A DNA stretch of 64,000 nt from Cyanidioschyzon merolae. Taxonomy: Eukaryota. The notes below the pieces were generated by a model that saw only the letters and a program-made list of their open reading frames with translations, did not search any database and was not told the DNA's origin. The stretch lies in NCBI GenBank assembly GCA_000091205.1, contig AP006499.2; one strand, written 5' to 3'. This document shows, piece by piece, positions 32,131 through 43,773 of this stretch; the first letter of the stretch is position 1; each line of letters begins with the position of its first letter. A program made the position numbers and the translations under genes.

Positions 32131-33978
32131 CTGGTTATCTTGCGGTGTTCTCCTGTGTCCGCAACGCCGGCTTCACGGGGCTACTTCCTTGTGGTGCCTG
32201 AACGCTTACCTCATTGCCCGCTAGATGCGCTTGACGGATGCAGAGACGCTCGTCCATATCCGAATCCGTTTCTGCGCCCGGGGATGCAGCGCCCGATCAG
32301 ACGTGCTTTTCCAGGTTATCCACTTGGTGCGTAGTTGGTCCCCTGTATGCGTATGCGAACGTTGCGTCATCCGACAGAGGATTTGCGGATCGCGATATTG
32401 TCCATGATGAAACCAGTACCGCGTCCGAAATCGGAGCCCGACGATCAGCTCGTCACATTCCCATCGGTATACGCCCCGTCGTGCACAGCAGTGATGCTCT
32501 CGCTATCGCAAGCAGTCGCTGCGATGACTAGATTCCGAGTGAAAGATGCTATTCCAAGTCAACAGAAGAGAACAGAGACGATCGTGCATATCCCGTGAGA
32601 GGTATTGTGCTGGTGTCGGATGCCGTTTCGTCTAAGGTCACATGGAGAGGAGGATTTGTATTCCGCAGTTGTCGATTGCTTGACGTGACACGTTCATTGA
32701 ACTTTAAACAAGAACTTGTGAACAAGTGCTCTAGCGACGACATTGAGCTGTTTTCTTCATCGATCCAGTGGCACGAATAGCGGCGCCTGCGACTTGCCTT
32801 GGTTGATCAAAAACGTGCAGCATGCGCAAACCATACATGCAGCACGTAAGGAATTCAGAAGATCAAAGGCTTCTATCTATGAATTTGTTGATGATATCGA
32901 TTATTTTACGAAGCCTTTTTCGAAGGTGTCTCGATTCGCCCTGATGTTGAGTACGTAACGAGTCCATGCGGCAACGAGTCGACGCAGTCACTCCACAGAA
33001 ACAGCCGAGAATCTTAAAAGGACCTTTGAATCCGTTGTCTCTCTCTTTGCTACAGTTCGATTCTTAAACCTGAAAATCTACAATCATTTTGGAAAGAATC
33101 GCCAGGCTAAAGCAGCACGAGCAGATACGCATCCACCCGACGCCTTTGGTACTTGGGCGTTTGGACGCGCGTGCGCTGCGCTTCAGCAGGCGAGGGACCA
33201 GATCCGAGAGCACCAAGAGCGTTACGGTGCTAGGTGGCCCTGGCTGGTGCTCTTTAAAGTGACGCAGGTGTTCAGGGGGTTCATAGGCTCGTGCGAAACA
33301 CTCGAGTCCATAGGCGCGAGCAGCCGTGCTCCACTTGGTTGTGGACGACTGGTTGAACTTGGGCACCTGTGCCTTGGCTTTGCGCGGCAGAGAGGCTCGA
33401 TCTTTACGTCGACCCTGCACACGGAACCTCACATCGCTTGGAGCTGGGAGAGGCACGCGAAATCCTGTTTCGTGTAGCTGAGCGACTTTTTCGTCTTCTT
33501 AAGCGGTGTATGAACTTTTGGAAAACCTCGGCACCGGCGTAGGGGTACGACCTGGAAAGCGCGGCGTTATTTTGGAGGTGGAGGCGAAGGGCATCGAGCG
33601 GAGACGGCCCCGACTGAGGAGGCAACCGTGCACGCCCGGGCTTCTGTGTATCGGTGCAGCTGCTGCTTAGACGCCTTCTTGCTGACGGCTGATCTGCCTG
33701 TGGCACGGAGCTCGAGCTTCAGTGCGTAACACAGGCAGCGTCGGGTGCTCTCGTTGGCACGACTTGTCTGCGGACGCACGTAGTGCGTATTTTCTTGCAT
33801 CTCTCGGGACGAACCCGTATCTGTATTGCAGAACTGCAAAAGCTTGCTCCTGGAAACAGCGCTGTCTGTACTGCAGCAACAGATCACTCGGGTGGAGGCG
33901 TCTTTAGGTAGAGATCCAGCACTACTAGTGCGCACGCTGGGTGCACCGGAACCTTCTGCATCCTTCGAGCTGCACTCC

Positions 33979-35877
33979 ATGCCGCTGGCGACCCATTCAG
34001 TTCACTTTCTCCGTACAACAACACCAACTGCGATGTTGCAAGACAAAGCGTGCCCAGGATGGACCATTCATATGCAGACGAATGCCCGAATACTCTTGCG
34101 TCACGACTGGCTCCGTGAGGATAGAACGCTGCAGGCTGCCTGGTACAGCGTGCTGGACCCTACAAAACTGAGCAAGCCGGGAGCATCTCTCGCTGGTTGT
34201 GCAAATGGTTTTAGAGCTCCTATCTCGCCCCGCTGGTCATTCGGAACTGGCAGTCAAAAGGAGTCGAGCGATCAGGAGAAGCTGCAGCCGCGAGACTCAG
34301 ATCCACTGGCACGCCTGCAAACGCCTCAGATGAGCGATGGCGTTGAGGCTGCAGCGCCAGGTGATTCTCCCGAGGAATCGAACAATACCGAATACACGCC
34401 GACACTGGCGCGCAAAGGAGCGAGCGTTGCCTCACTTACTCGCCGAAGAAGACATTCGGAGCTAGAGAAGGCGTCTACCAGGTGCACATCGCCCGAACGT
34501 TCGGTGTCGAAGCATCAGCTTTCCTGTGCTGCTTCGCCAGAGCGAGAGCATCCTAGCTGCCAGGACGCAATCCGAACTCGAAACGCTTCCGGAGACGAAC
34601 CGTCTGCACCAGCACGTGATTTAGGTTGCCTGTCGCTGCTCGTTGTAGGTTGCAAATCGCCGTCAAATATGAGTCGGCAGGAGAAACAAGCGCTTTCTGA
34701 AGCGCGAACGCTCTGGGAGATGCACGGCGGTCGTTGGCTGGACCCGTGCGACCTCTCGCAAGTCTTCCAACTGCTGGAGACGTTTATCGAGACCACAGGT
34801 ACCGCAAGTGCCGCCACGGATGATGAGACTTCAAACGCTTGCCCGAGTGCCGGCGAGGAGTCATCACCGATTTCGAAGCGCAGACGCTACGAACCGAAGC
34901 CCGGCGTTCGCGAACCTGCCGCAGGAAAAGCGTCACCGGAGCCAGCGCTGCTGATTGCAGCCCTGCATCATAGCGTTGCTGCATGTTTGCAATCAAAGCA
35001 GTGCTGTCCAGTAGACGGCCTGGCTGCACAACAGTTATACGCTATTGCGTCAATCGCGTGGCAACGCGGCTGGGCCCTCCTGATCGATCTGCAAAACACG
35101 AAGGACGACAAGGATATCCGTAACGCCGGAGCTGCCGCGTTGAGGGTGTGGATTCGTTCTGTTTTGAGCGAATCTGCATCTAGAATGGAACAATCCAAAT
35201 CAGAGGCTTCCCTTCAGGACGGCAACGAAAGCCTTTGGGAGCGAATTCGTAATCACGCGTTGGAGAATACAACCCCGAGCAAACTCGGTGTTTTTTCCAA
35301 TTTTGCTTTTTCGTTCATAAGCGAGAAGGATCATGTCGGTGTATCTGCTCCAGCTGCGAAACGGAGGAAACACGTCCGCCAGCACAGCTCAGAGACAACG
35401 GAACGTTGGTCAGCGGGAATGCAGCCCGGCGATGAGCATTGGCATCATGACGTGCAGCTGCTGATCCGTCTCGCGGGAGGCATCTGCGTCCCCGAGCAGA
35501 GCGACGCGGCTTGTATCCGAGAGCGCGCTTCCATTTCAGTAACAAGGCAGAAACGAACAAGGACACAGAACCCGGCGTCGACCGAGTCGCCTATGCATGC
35601 TTTCAAAGTATGCCGAGCGCTTGACCTCGCGAGAATGGAGGAGAACGCAAACTTCCCGGACTCTTCGCTGCCGCTGATTGACTGGGACCGGCTGCTGTCG
35701 GCAGTTTGTACTGGGACAGGGCACGCTCTGACGTCGTCGACAACCGCCTCGTGCCATGTGGAGGCGCCGAAATCCCCCGAACGGCAAGCATCAGCGACTC
35801 CAAAACGAGAGCAGAGCAAGCGGCGTGGAACCCGTTCGCCATCAAGACAATCCCAGAGATCAAAACGGCGATCCTGA
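33979..35877 (+). CDS. hypothetical protein, low-complexity (S/A/P/R-rich), ~632 aa from first ATG
   Basis: A 2-kb uninterrupted ORF (track 33826..35877, TTG start); the first ATG is 33979 (MPLATHS). No recognisable domain. The C-terminal tail is basic (KREQSKRRGTRSPSRQSQRSKRRS). Confidence 0.4.
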   Translation: MPLATHSVHFLRTTTPTAMLQDKACPGWTIHMQTNARILLRHDWLREDRTLQAAWYSVLDPTKLSKPGASLAGCANGFRAPISPRWSFGTGSQKESSDQEKLQPRDSDPLARLQTPQMSDGVEAAAPGDSPEESNNTEYTPTLARKGASVASLTRRRRHSELEKASTRCTSPERSVSKHQLSCAASPEREHPSCQDAIRTRNASGDEPSAPARDLGCLSLLVVGCKSPSNMSRQEKQALSEARTLWEMHGGRWLDPCDLSQVFQLLETFIETTGTASAATDDETSNACPSAGEESSPISKRRRYEPKPGVREPAAGKASPEPALLIAALHHSVAACLQSKQCCPVDGLAAQQLYAIASIAWQRGWALLIDLQNTKDDKDIRNAGAAALRVWIRSVLSESASRMEQSKSEASLQDGNESLWERIRNHALENTTPSKLGVFSNFAFSFISEKDHVGVSAPAAKRRKHVRQHSSETTERWSAGMQPGDEHWHHDVQLLIRLAGGICVPEQSDAACIRERASISVTRQKRTRTQNPASTESPMHAFKVCRALDLARMEENANFPDSSLPLIDWDRLLSAVCTGTGHALTSSTTASCHVEAPKSPERQASATPKREQSKRRGTRSPSRQSQRSKRRS

Positions 35878-36469
35878 TGCCCTGGCCTGTACTAAGATGC
35901 CGGATCCGCACCCAGACTGGTCAAGTACAACAGCATCAACGACCTAGTGATGACGCGAAGAGATGTCCGACGATAGAGCTGGCTGTGCCTGCTGCCTGGA
36001 CCCGCCAACATGAGGCAATACGCAGTCATCTCGAACAATGAAATACCATCGTGATTCACCAATTGCTCACAAAATGCATTCCCGATGTATCTATACAGCG
36101 CTTTCTTCTTACTGGACTGCTGAACCGTACGAGAGCAGTGCCTTGGTGCAGACGGAGATCCAATGACCACTCTCGTGGCCATTGATTTTTTTCATCGGAA
36201 TTTGTCAGCATGTGAGTACAGTGCCTCGACTGCGTTCTCAGCGATTCCCACGAACATTCGCGTAAAACGAAGCTGCTGGAGGCCCCGGAGAGCATGAATC
36301 ATTTCCGGATATTGATCGAGGCGCTCAAGTATCGGTGCAGAAGGTGCTTCGGCGCATTGTTGATAGCAAAGTCACACCATAGCGAGCCTCGCTTCCTCCA
36401 TTGCCTCTCCGTTTGGCGCTTGATTCGCTCTGCCCGACGCCATCTCGAGCATTCGTCTCTGTTTCACGC

Positions 36470-36900
36470 CTTGCTTATGCATCTGTTGGATATGCGATCC
36501 GTAAAACAGAAAATGCGCCACGACCATGGCGGGTACGTTTCCATATACCCACGCGCAGACGCGTCCCAGCATTTTTGACTGGCTGCCTGCTATCGGTATC
36601 GGATTATCCAGGTAAACGTGGTGCTTGAGACGCTGCCCCACAAAGTTAGCTCGCGTTAGCTCCTTGGGTATCTCGTCAGTTGCACCGGAAATCGTCTGAT
36701 ACTGATATCGACGTTGAACTCTCGATTCACGAACTCCTTGCGTCCGTTGTCGCTGGTGGAACGCACCAGTGCAACGATCCCCGGAACGCGAGCCCTCTGG
36801 GTCACAACAGTCTCGTCGTCATCCCGTCGCGGAAACCCCGCGTCTCGTCTATCTTTCCTCTTTCTTTTGTCGTATGTTCTTCTGTGCTCGATGATTGACA
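36470..36900 (-). mobile_element. TnpB/Fanzor-like relic, subfamily 1
   Basis: The minus ORF 36656..36946 reads ...VVTQRARVPGIVALVRSTSDNGRKEFVNREFNVDISIRRF (motif 36692..36736), aligning residue-for-residue with the 18.5k and 46.2k copies. The downstream ~230 nt (gatagcaggcagccagtcaaaaatgctgggacgcgtctgcgcgtgggtatatggaaacgtacccgccatggtcgtgg) is conserved at the nucleotide level with 46.1k, 21.5k and 18.6k. Confidence 0.55.
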
Positions 36901-39900
36901 AACAGCGGATTTTTCCGGTTTTCCGGCATCTGGCGATCACGGGCATCTAGGATCCCCGACTTTTACGTCCATACCGTCCGCTTGGATTGTTTATTTCTTC
37001 AAAATGAACGCACTTTGAACGCGTCTGCTATAAACCACGAGAAAGCATTTGATTACAGGAACCCAGGAATAAAACACATTTGAGGCGAAAGACGACTAGG
37101 TGCACCGGTGCTTGTGATGCGTGTATGTTGTCCTTGACGTATGAAAGCGAATCATAGCACATCGTCTCCTGCACTCGTTGTGCGCTATCTTGGGCACAGC
37201 AGGAGTGCATTCTCGTGCGCGACAGCTCGTCCAGCGCCATCGTCAAGCACCAAATGATGCAGGTTATCAGTCAACAACGCTTCTGACTCATTGCACAAGT
37301 CGGTGAATGCACATTTCTTGCCTCCGTCCAATCGAGACGGGTCGGCAACCCCAGCGCGGTTACAGGCGTCTTTGACAAAAATCGTTCCCGTGATCCACTT
37401 GAACAGTCACGTTTTATCTAAATGAAGCGTACAGAGTCTCGCTGGCGGCTCGATACGGTTCTCAGAGTGTCGAGACTCGGCTGCTCACGCCGTGATTCCT
37501 CTTCCTGGCATGTCGCCTAGCATTCAGGATTCCCGACTGCAGATGATGTCGAGCCCCGGAGACGATGAGCAGCAGCATCTGCTTTTCGTTTTTGGCATCG
37601 GGTCCGTCCGTCCTTTAAATTTAGCAGTACGGAGACGCCCTTGGAGGTCTTCAATCCAGGATCCAAGTCCGTTGCCAAGTCTTTCTCTTCATCTACGTCG
37701 AGCGGATGAACATAAGAATCGTTGCCCGAATGGGACCTCGGTTTTCACCAAATGCATGCAGAGCGATGTGTGGTCGACCTCCATTGCCCCAGTACACTCG
37801 TTTTCATTTCCTCCCTGTGAACGTGAAACCTTGAACGAACTCCGTCACAATGTTCCTCATGAAGTTCTTCGAATGCTGCATGCCTGCTCGCGGAGACCAG
37901 ACGTAACGGACTGAGGTCGGCATGCAACGCAGTCCAGTCCAGAAGTATCTACGGGCACATGTACAGGAACACGGAGTTGGATACGGTTCCCCGATCGAAC
38001 GGAAACCTTGAGGAGGATTGAGTGCTCGGATCCGGGATGGCAGTCTGGTTTGCTGTCGAGGGCTCTGTTCAGGAAAATCCAGAAGCGAAAGATGCAACGA
38101 AGGTAGCGATGACGTACCCAGCGCCTTCTGGATACGACATCCCGCCGTCCGCAACCGTGTGCAGCACGACCAGCGTGAACGATCTGAAGCGAACCTCGTT
38201 CTCGTAGCGACACCTCTCCTGAACTCGCTACCACCCTTAGCGCTTCCGTCACCAGTTCGTCATTTGCATATAGCGAAAGACCAAGAATCCCTTACATCAG
38301 TCCCTGCTCCTCTGGGTCAGCTAGGTGATGGTATCAAGCCCATAGGTTGCATTTCACGAAGCGCTCGAGATGGACCCGTTGATGGATTTTCAGGTTCGTT
38401 AGATGCACTTTGTCACCTGTCCTCTGGACGTTCCGCTAGAAAACATGACAAGCCTGCGAGTCAACCTTTCATCCGAAACGCATTAGCAACTGTTTGATTC
38501 TGAGATCGAACCGTTTCGCATCTAATATCCTGGGGAATCGTTGTGTTGTTCCACGACAGCTAGATCAAACTTCCAAGCGAATGTGGTGAGCTTCCAGACC
38601 GGCTTCGCGACCTTGTACGAAGTTTGGCTTGACCAGGCGCGTCTAGACAAGGGAAGCAAGGCGGACCTTTCTCGAGTGAGAAGCTACTCGACCTCAAAAA
38701 GGGCTCTGCAATGCTCCATTCGAAAGATTCTCAACGCCGTATTGGTATGTTTGAATTTGGAGGCAATAAAATTGTTATCACAGTGAGCTTCTTGGTCCTA
38801 TGGTTTTCCGGTCTTGTGCCTTTTCGCCCTCTCTTCGGAATAATCTTTCTCTTCTATGGCTGGTGATGTCTTCTCTGTCTCTATTACTTGGCGGGATTGT
38901 AAAGCCCCTATGCTCTACATCCGTTCTTTCCCTCGTGACTCACATATGCGCTGGGTCCACGATAGGACTGAGACTCGTCTTTTCTAATTCCATTTCCAAA
39001 AGTTCTCAAGTACCTCCTCATCACCTTCTCCGTCGCAAGCAAGCCCGCGGACTGAAGGGCACCGTCCCGCTCGCTCCTGTACACGAGCACAGAAGCAGCA
39101 GAGCAGCCAGGGCCGGTGAAGATGCTCGAGAACGCATTGTCGAAGTGAGGTGTCACGGATCCGAACAACTCGTCTAATGATCCATGAATTGAAACATAGC
39201 GCTCGAAAAAACATAAAAGACGCTTTCGAACGGGTTGAAGCGGGGAGGCTAGGCTGGCATGAAGCGTTGGTCAAAGCCAGTCTCCACCGGATGCTTCTTG
39301 ACCGCTTTTGATTCATGGACATCGATGTTGTCTAACAGCAGCACCGAAGCATGCGGGATGGAGAATCCACAAAGCGTACGTCGACGAAGGATGCGGTTTC
39401 GAGCATTCCCTTCCGTTTGGCGATTCGTAGGTAACGAAACGATAGCATCGCAGCTATCGCTGGTGCTGTCGCCGTGCCCGGTTGTCGCTTCTTAACGAAA
39501 AGCGGATTACCCCGCTTTGTGAACCCATAAACAGGTCAGCAGCTTCCCGTGAATGAGTCTTGTTGAGTGAGACAAGCATACGTCCCTCCTGTACAACGCG
39601 GTCGTGTTTCAGTACGAAATCGATATGGTGTTGGTCAATGCGTAATGGTCTCCCAAAGGAGCGTGCTTTTTGCTTCGTCAATCTGTGTCATTTATCACTG
39701 TACGGATCAACGATTCGCAAACTCTACATCCTGTAGCTTATCAGATAGTAATTCTCAGAGTATGCATATGGTTTGGAATGCATGGACGAGGCGAAAATCG
39801 TGTGGATAGAGCTTGATAAGTGCTGCTTTGGGTCCACGACTTTCTACGAGAAGCGTGTTTCATCCATCCGTTGATCGTAGAATGGCTTTCTTGCACACCA

Positions 39901-40811
39901 AAGACCTCTTCTCGCTAGCTTTCATTGACAGCACGGTCTTTCCGCGTCCTCTCTCAAGCCTCAGGGATGCAATCCTTTTGTTAAATACCTACCAGAAAAA
40001 CAAATTAAAACAGAAACGGCGTGCTGGTACGCATGTACCAGCATTCACTGCGCTCATTACATCACAGGTGGTAGCGCCGCCTCCCGGGCCTAGCACTCGG
40101 ATATGCGACCTACTCTCGCTCGAGTTCGATAAACGGCCAAGAGTCGGCTCTGTGTCATGGTTTCGCAAAACCGAGCACTTGTTGGATGCAGGTCCCGAAG
40201 CGCGAGCACTTGCGCCTCCCGCACATATCTTCGAGAAAAGAGCGGTCCACTGCAAGTCCAGTGCCAGAGAAACCAGCGCATGTTTTCCTGATACAAACAT
40301 TTCCTGGGGCGACTCGTTACCTAGATTCTAGTCATCTTTACGTGTGCCTCACTAGCGTCGGAGCAGAATCGATATGCCGAAAGTGCGCACGCTCTAGCAA
40401 AGCGTCAGCACAGCCGCCCCCTGCACGCAACGTGGACCCGAGTCACGAACACGGGTGCAGTGCCCTGTAGCAGCGAACTTTTTTGTTCCAGCCGTTGCCA
40501 CAGCTTCCGTTCCTACTACCGTAACGATTCCCCGGACTCCCGCGAATCTAATTCTTCCATAAGAAACTACCAGCAAAACGAAGCAATCACCCGCCCAGTC
40601 ATACGCAACGCTCGTTTGCGAACATACCCGGTGTTCCGCAGCGGAGTCCGAATGCCACCGCAGACGTCGCCGGTGCGGTAACGCACGTTCCATCGAATAC
40701 GCTGCTCCTTGCGGCTGCGCTGCTCGACTGGGTCCACGTACCGCTCTTGTTGCTGGTGCGGCATCGACAACTGGTACAGCTACCAGTGCTTTGGTTACTC
40801 GTTCCATCGCC

Positions 40812-43406
40812 ATGGCTTTTGGCACAGACGACACCTACGGCTCCACGACTCACGGGAAATATCGTCCCAAGTCCGATATGCGGTACGACGGGGCGGCTGC
40901 GCAGGTGTTCTTCACGTGTCTGCTGGGCCTGCTGTGCGTGAGTGTTACCTGGGGGCGCTGGCGGCACCTGATTCATCAACGAAAGGTTTCCGCCGAACAC
41001 GAACGAGCGCTATGTCCGTGTCGTGCGTGTCGCAGTCGTCGTCACGCTAAAATCGCTCAGAAACGGCGAAGCGAACGCTTGAAACGGCTAGTTGTGAACG
41101 GCGTGCTGCTGGGCCTCTGGCTCCTCTTCCTTTTCGCTGTAGTGTTCCTGTACCGCAGCGTTTCCGCGTCACTCGCTAACGAGACGCCATTCGACCCGTA
41201 CGAGGTTTTGGGAGTCTCCAGAAACGCTGATCGTGAGCAGATCGTCCGTGCGTACCGCAAACGCTCGCTTGAACTGCACCCAGATAAAAACCTGCAGAAT
41301 CCGAACTATCAACCCGAAGCGTTTGTGCGGTTGAACAAGGCGTACCGAGTGCTTACAGACCCCGTAGCTCTTGAAAACTACCAAAAGTACGGGAACCCTG
41401 ACGGATACCAAGGCACACGTTATGGGATCGCGTTGCCGAGTTGGCTCGTGGACCGGGGCACCCCGGTCCTCCTCGGCTATGCGCTGGTGTTGCTGGCGGG
41501 ACTGCCACTCGGGGTGGGTATGTGGTGGCGTCGACGGGCCCATCTGCTATCCGAGAGCGTTAGTCAAGAGACATATGCGCTGTTTGCAGAGTTTCTGGGC
41601 CAGCCAACGGCGATAAAGTTTCGCAACTTGCCCGAAGTCTACGGTGCAGCACTCGAGTTTGCAACCCGTACACCGTTCGAGGCTGAATGTGGCGATCGTG
41701 AGGCCATCAGTCTGCTCTGTCAAGCGCTTGAAACAGGTGGCCGGTTTGATCACCGCGAACAACGACTGTTTAATCGCGGACTCCCGCATTTTACGATGAA
41801 CAATGTGTTACTGCACGCGCACCTCGCTCGTATAGAGTTGGATCGTTTTCCCGTTGATATGACCCGTATGAAACAAAATGTGGAGGTTCTGCTTGCACAC
41901 GTGGATAGCATGATACCAGCGATGGTTGACGTGGCTGGTGCGACGCCTCGACCCGAGGTAATGCGGCGGTATCAGCGCGTCTTCTCCACAGGTGGCTATA
42001 TCGACCGGGTGCTGCGCATAATTCAACTCGAACAGAGTCTTTGTCAGGCGATGCTTCCGAGCGAAAGCGAGTTGCTCCAGTTGCCGTGGTTTGGGCTCAG
42101 CGAAGTCAAAGTTTGCGCAACAAGTCGCAGGTTCGGGGCCGATGGGATCCGCACGATCGCTGAGCTGCGGGAGCGTGTCTGGGAACCCGATGTGCTTGCG
42201 ATGCTGGCGAGCCAGGGGCCATCAGCCCTGTTCCCCATAGAGGCACCAGCAACGGCAGCGAAGCGGTGCATACGTCGTTCGGACCTCCAAGAAACGCGCG
42301 GCCGCCACGGAGCAGCAACGGAGGCATCCACAGCGCCGTGCGGGCTCGAGTCCCGGCTCGATACCGGCGCTGAGCGACTGTTGCGGTGCAACTGGGACGG
42401 CACTCGACTCCGATCTCTGTTGCGCATGTTCTCCGATGCTCAACTCGATGATATCCACCTGTTTTTGATTCGCTACCCCCGCAAAGTTCAATTGCAAGTA
42501 GTCGAGCCTTACGTCGTGGACCAGGATCGCGCTGGTGAAGCGGACCTGGTGCGCGATCCTCGCGTTCATGCTGGCGATATCACGACGCTGGAGGTTCATA
42601 TCCTCATCGAGCGTTTAGGCTGGCAAGAGATGCCGAATCGAACCACTTACTACCCGTGTTGCAGTCGATTGCCGTTTGACAAGAACGAGCACTGGTGGAT
42701 GATCGTCGGCGATCGGAAGATGAATTCCATCGTCGCTGTTCGGCGGCTTCATGCCCGGCAGGCTGTTCAACAGCAGCCGGGGTCTCGGCAAGCGGCTGCA
42801 TCTGCCGGGGAAGCAACAGATGCCCGGGACATGACGTGTACACCATCGCCGCCCACAAGCGCTTCGAGTCGCACCTCGACGCAAACTGATGCCTCTGACA
42901 CCGCCACAAGTGGCAGCAACAACATCGGCGATCGTGATGGAGCAAGTCCCGTAGCCGCATCCGGGGCTCGCGAGTACGCCCAGCCCACAGACAAGTGCGA
43001 CCTGGCTCCGTATATCCGACGAGAAGCGCTTTCGTACAGCGTTCAGTTCATGGCGCCGCCTCAGGTTGGTACCTGCAAGCTGGTCGTGCACGCCCTACCG
43101 GATTGTTATTTTGGGCTCAATCGCCATGTACAGTTGGATGTGGATATACACGAGCACAAGCCGCCTGAACCGGAAATGCATTATTTCGATCCGAGCGATC
43201 TTAGTGAGGACGACGATGACAGGCCCACTGGCCAAGCACGATCGCTTACCGCTGAGCATACGAGAGCAGTGCCAGCGTCGAATGGTGAACAGGGCGTCTC
43301 CAGTGAGCGCACGTCCACGCAACAGGTTCCAAATGATACCGAATCCGCAGAGGACACTGATTCGAGTGCTGATGACGCCTTCGACATCGACGGCGAAGCG
43401 GACTAG
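40812..43406 (+). CDS. SEC63: Sec63 (ER translocon-associated DnaJ protein) homolog
   Basis: The N-terminus MAFGTDDTYGSTTHGKYRPKSD..FFTCLLGLL parallels the Sec63 N-terminus. A luminal J-domain follows the TM segments (DPYEVLGVSRNADREQIVRAYRKRSLELHPDKN...YQKYGNPDG), then a long Brl/Sec63 domain, then an acidic C-terminal tail (SEDDDDRP...AEDTDSSADDAFDIDGEAD). The track start 40791 is TTG; the first ATG is 40812. Confidence 0.8.
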   Translation: MAFGTDDTYGSTTHGKYRPKSDMRYDGAAAQVFFTCLLGLLCVSVTWGRWRHLIHQRKVSAEHERALCPCRACRSRRHAKIAQKRRSERLKRLVVNGVLLGLWLLFLFAVVFLYRSVSASLANETPFDPYEVLGVSRNADREQIVRAYRKRSLELHPDKNLQNPNYQPEAFVRLNKAYRVLTDPVALENYQKYGNPDGYQGTRYGIALPSWLVDRGTPVLLGYALVLLAGLPLGVGMWWRRRAHLLSESVSQETYALFAEFLGQPTAIKFRNLPEVYGAALEFATRTPFEAECGDREAISLLCQALETGGRFDHREQRLFNRGLPHFTMNNVLLHAHLARIELDRFPVDMTRMKQNVEVLLAHVDSMIPAMVDVAGATPRPEVMRRYQRVFSTGGYIDRVLRIIQLEQSLCQAMLPSESELLQLPWFGLSEVKVCATSRRFGADGIRTIAELRERVWEPDVLAMLASQGPSALFPIEAPATAAKRCIRRSDLQETRGRHGAATEASTAPCGLESRLDTGAERLLRCNWDGTRLRSLLRMFSDAQLDDIHLFLIRYPRKVQLQVVEPYVVDQDRAGEADLVRDPRVHAGDITTLEVHILIERLGWQEMPNRTTYYPCCSRLPFDKNEHWWMIVGDRKMNSIVAVRRLHARQAVQQQPGSRQAAASAGEATDARDMTCTPSPPTSASSRTSTQTDASDTATSGSNNIGDRDGASPVAASGAREYAQPTDKCDLAPYIRREALSYSVQFMAPPQVGTCKLVVHALPDCYFGLNRHVQLDVDIHEHKPPEPEMHYFDPSDLSEDDDDRPTGQARSLTAEHTRAVPASNGEQGVSSERTSTQQVPNDTESAEDTDSSADDAFDIDGEAD

Positions 43407-43773
43407 ACGCACAACGCGATGGTGCTGCTGCATATATAGGCGGCATTCGCAACTGCGATCCAGTGACTGGTACGGACAGGATCTCACAGCCTGCATCGCG
43501 CGTGCTGAACATCACGGGCTCTGGTCGAGAGTGCACTCAGGGAGCGCCTAAACCAGGGACGAGGCGGAAGCGGGCACCTGTCAGCTGTTCGATGATCGCC
43601 CGTGGTCGTGAGAGCGCTCACGCGGAAACACCATGCTTTTCCCTAAAGTCAACGATAGTATTTAATGGAAATGCGCATTCATGTGGAGCGCTTTCAAGCA
43701 GCGCGCGTCATTGGCAGCACCACGGGCATGCGCGAGGCATCTCGCTCTCCGTCCAGACGCCCACGGACTCGAA

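Noticed and set aside
33064-33456. 130-aa minus ORF with basic K/R-rich N-terminus (RKDRASLPRKAKAQVPKFN) resembling a small ribosomal or mitochondrial-ribosomal protein.
   Set aside because: The track start is GTG and there is no in-frame ATG until near the C-terminus. There is no confident motif match, so it is not reported as a gene.
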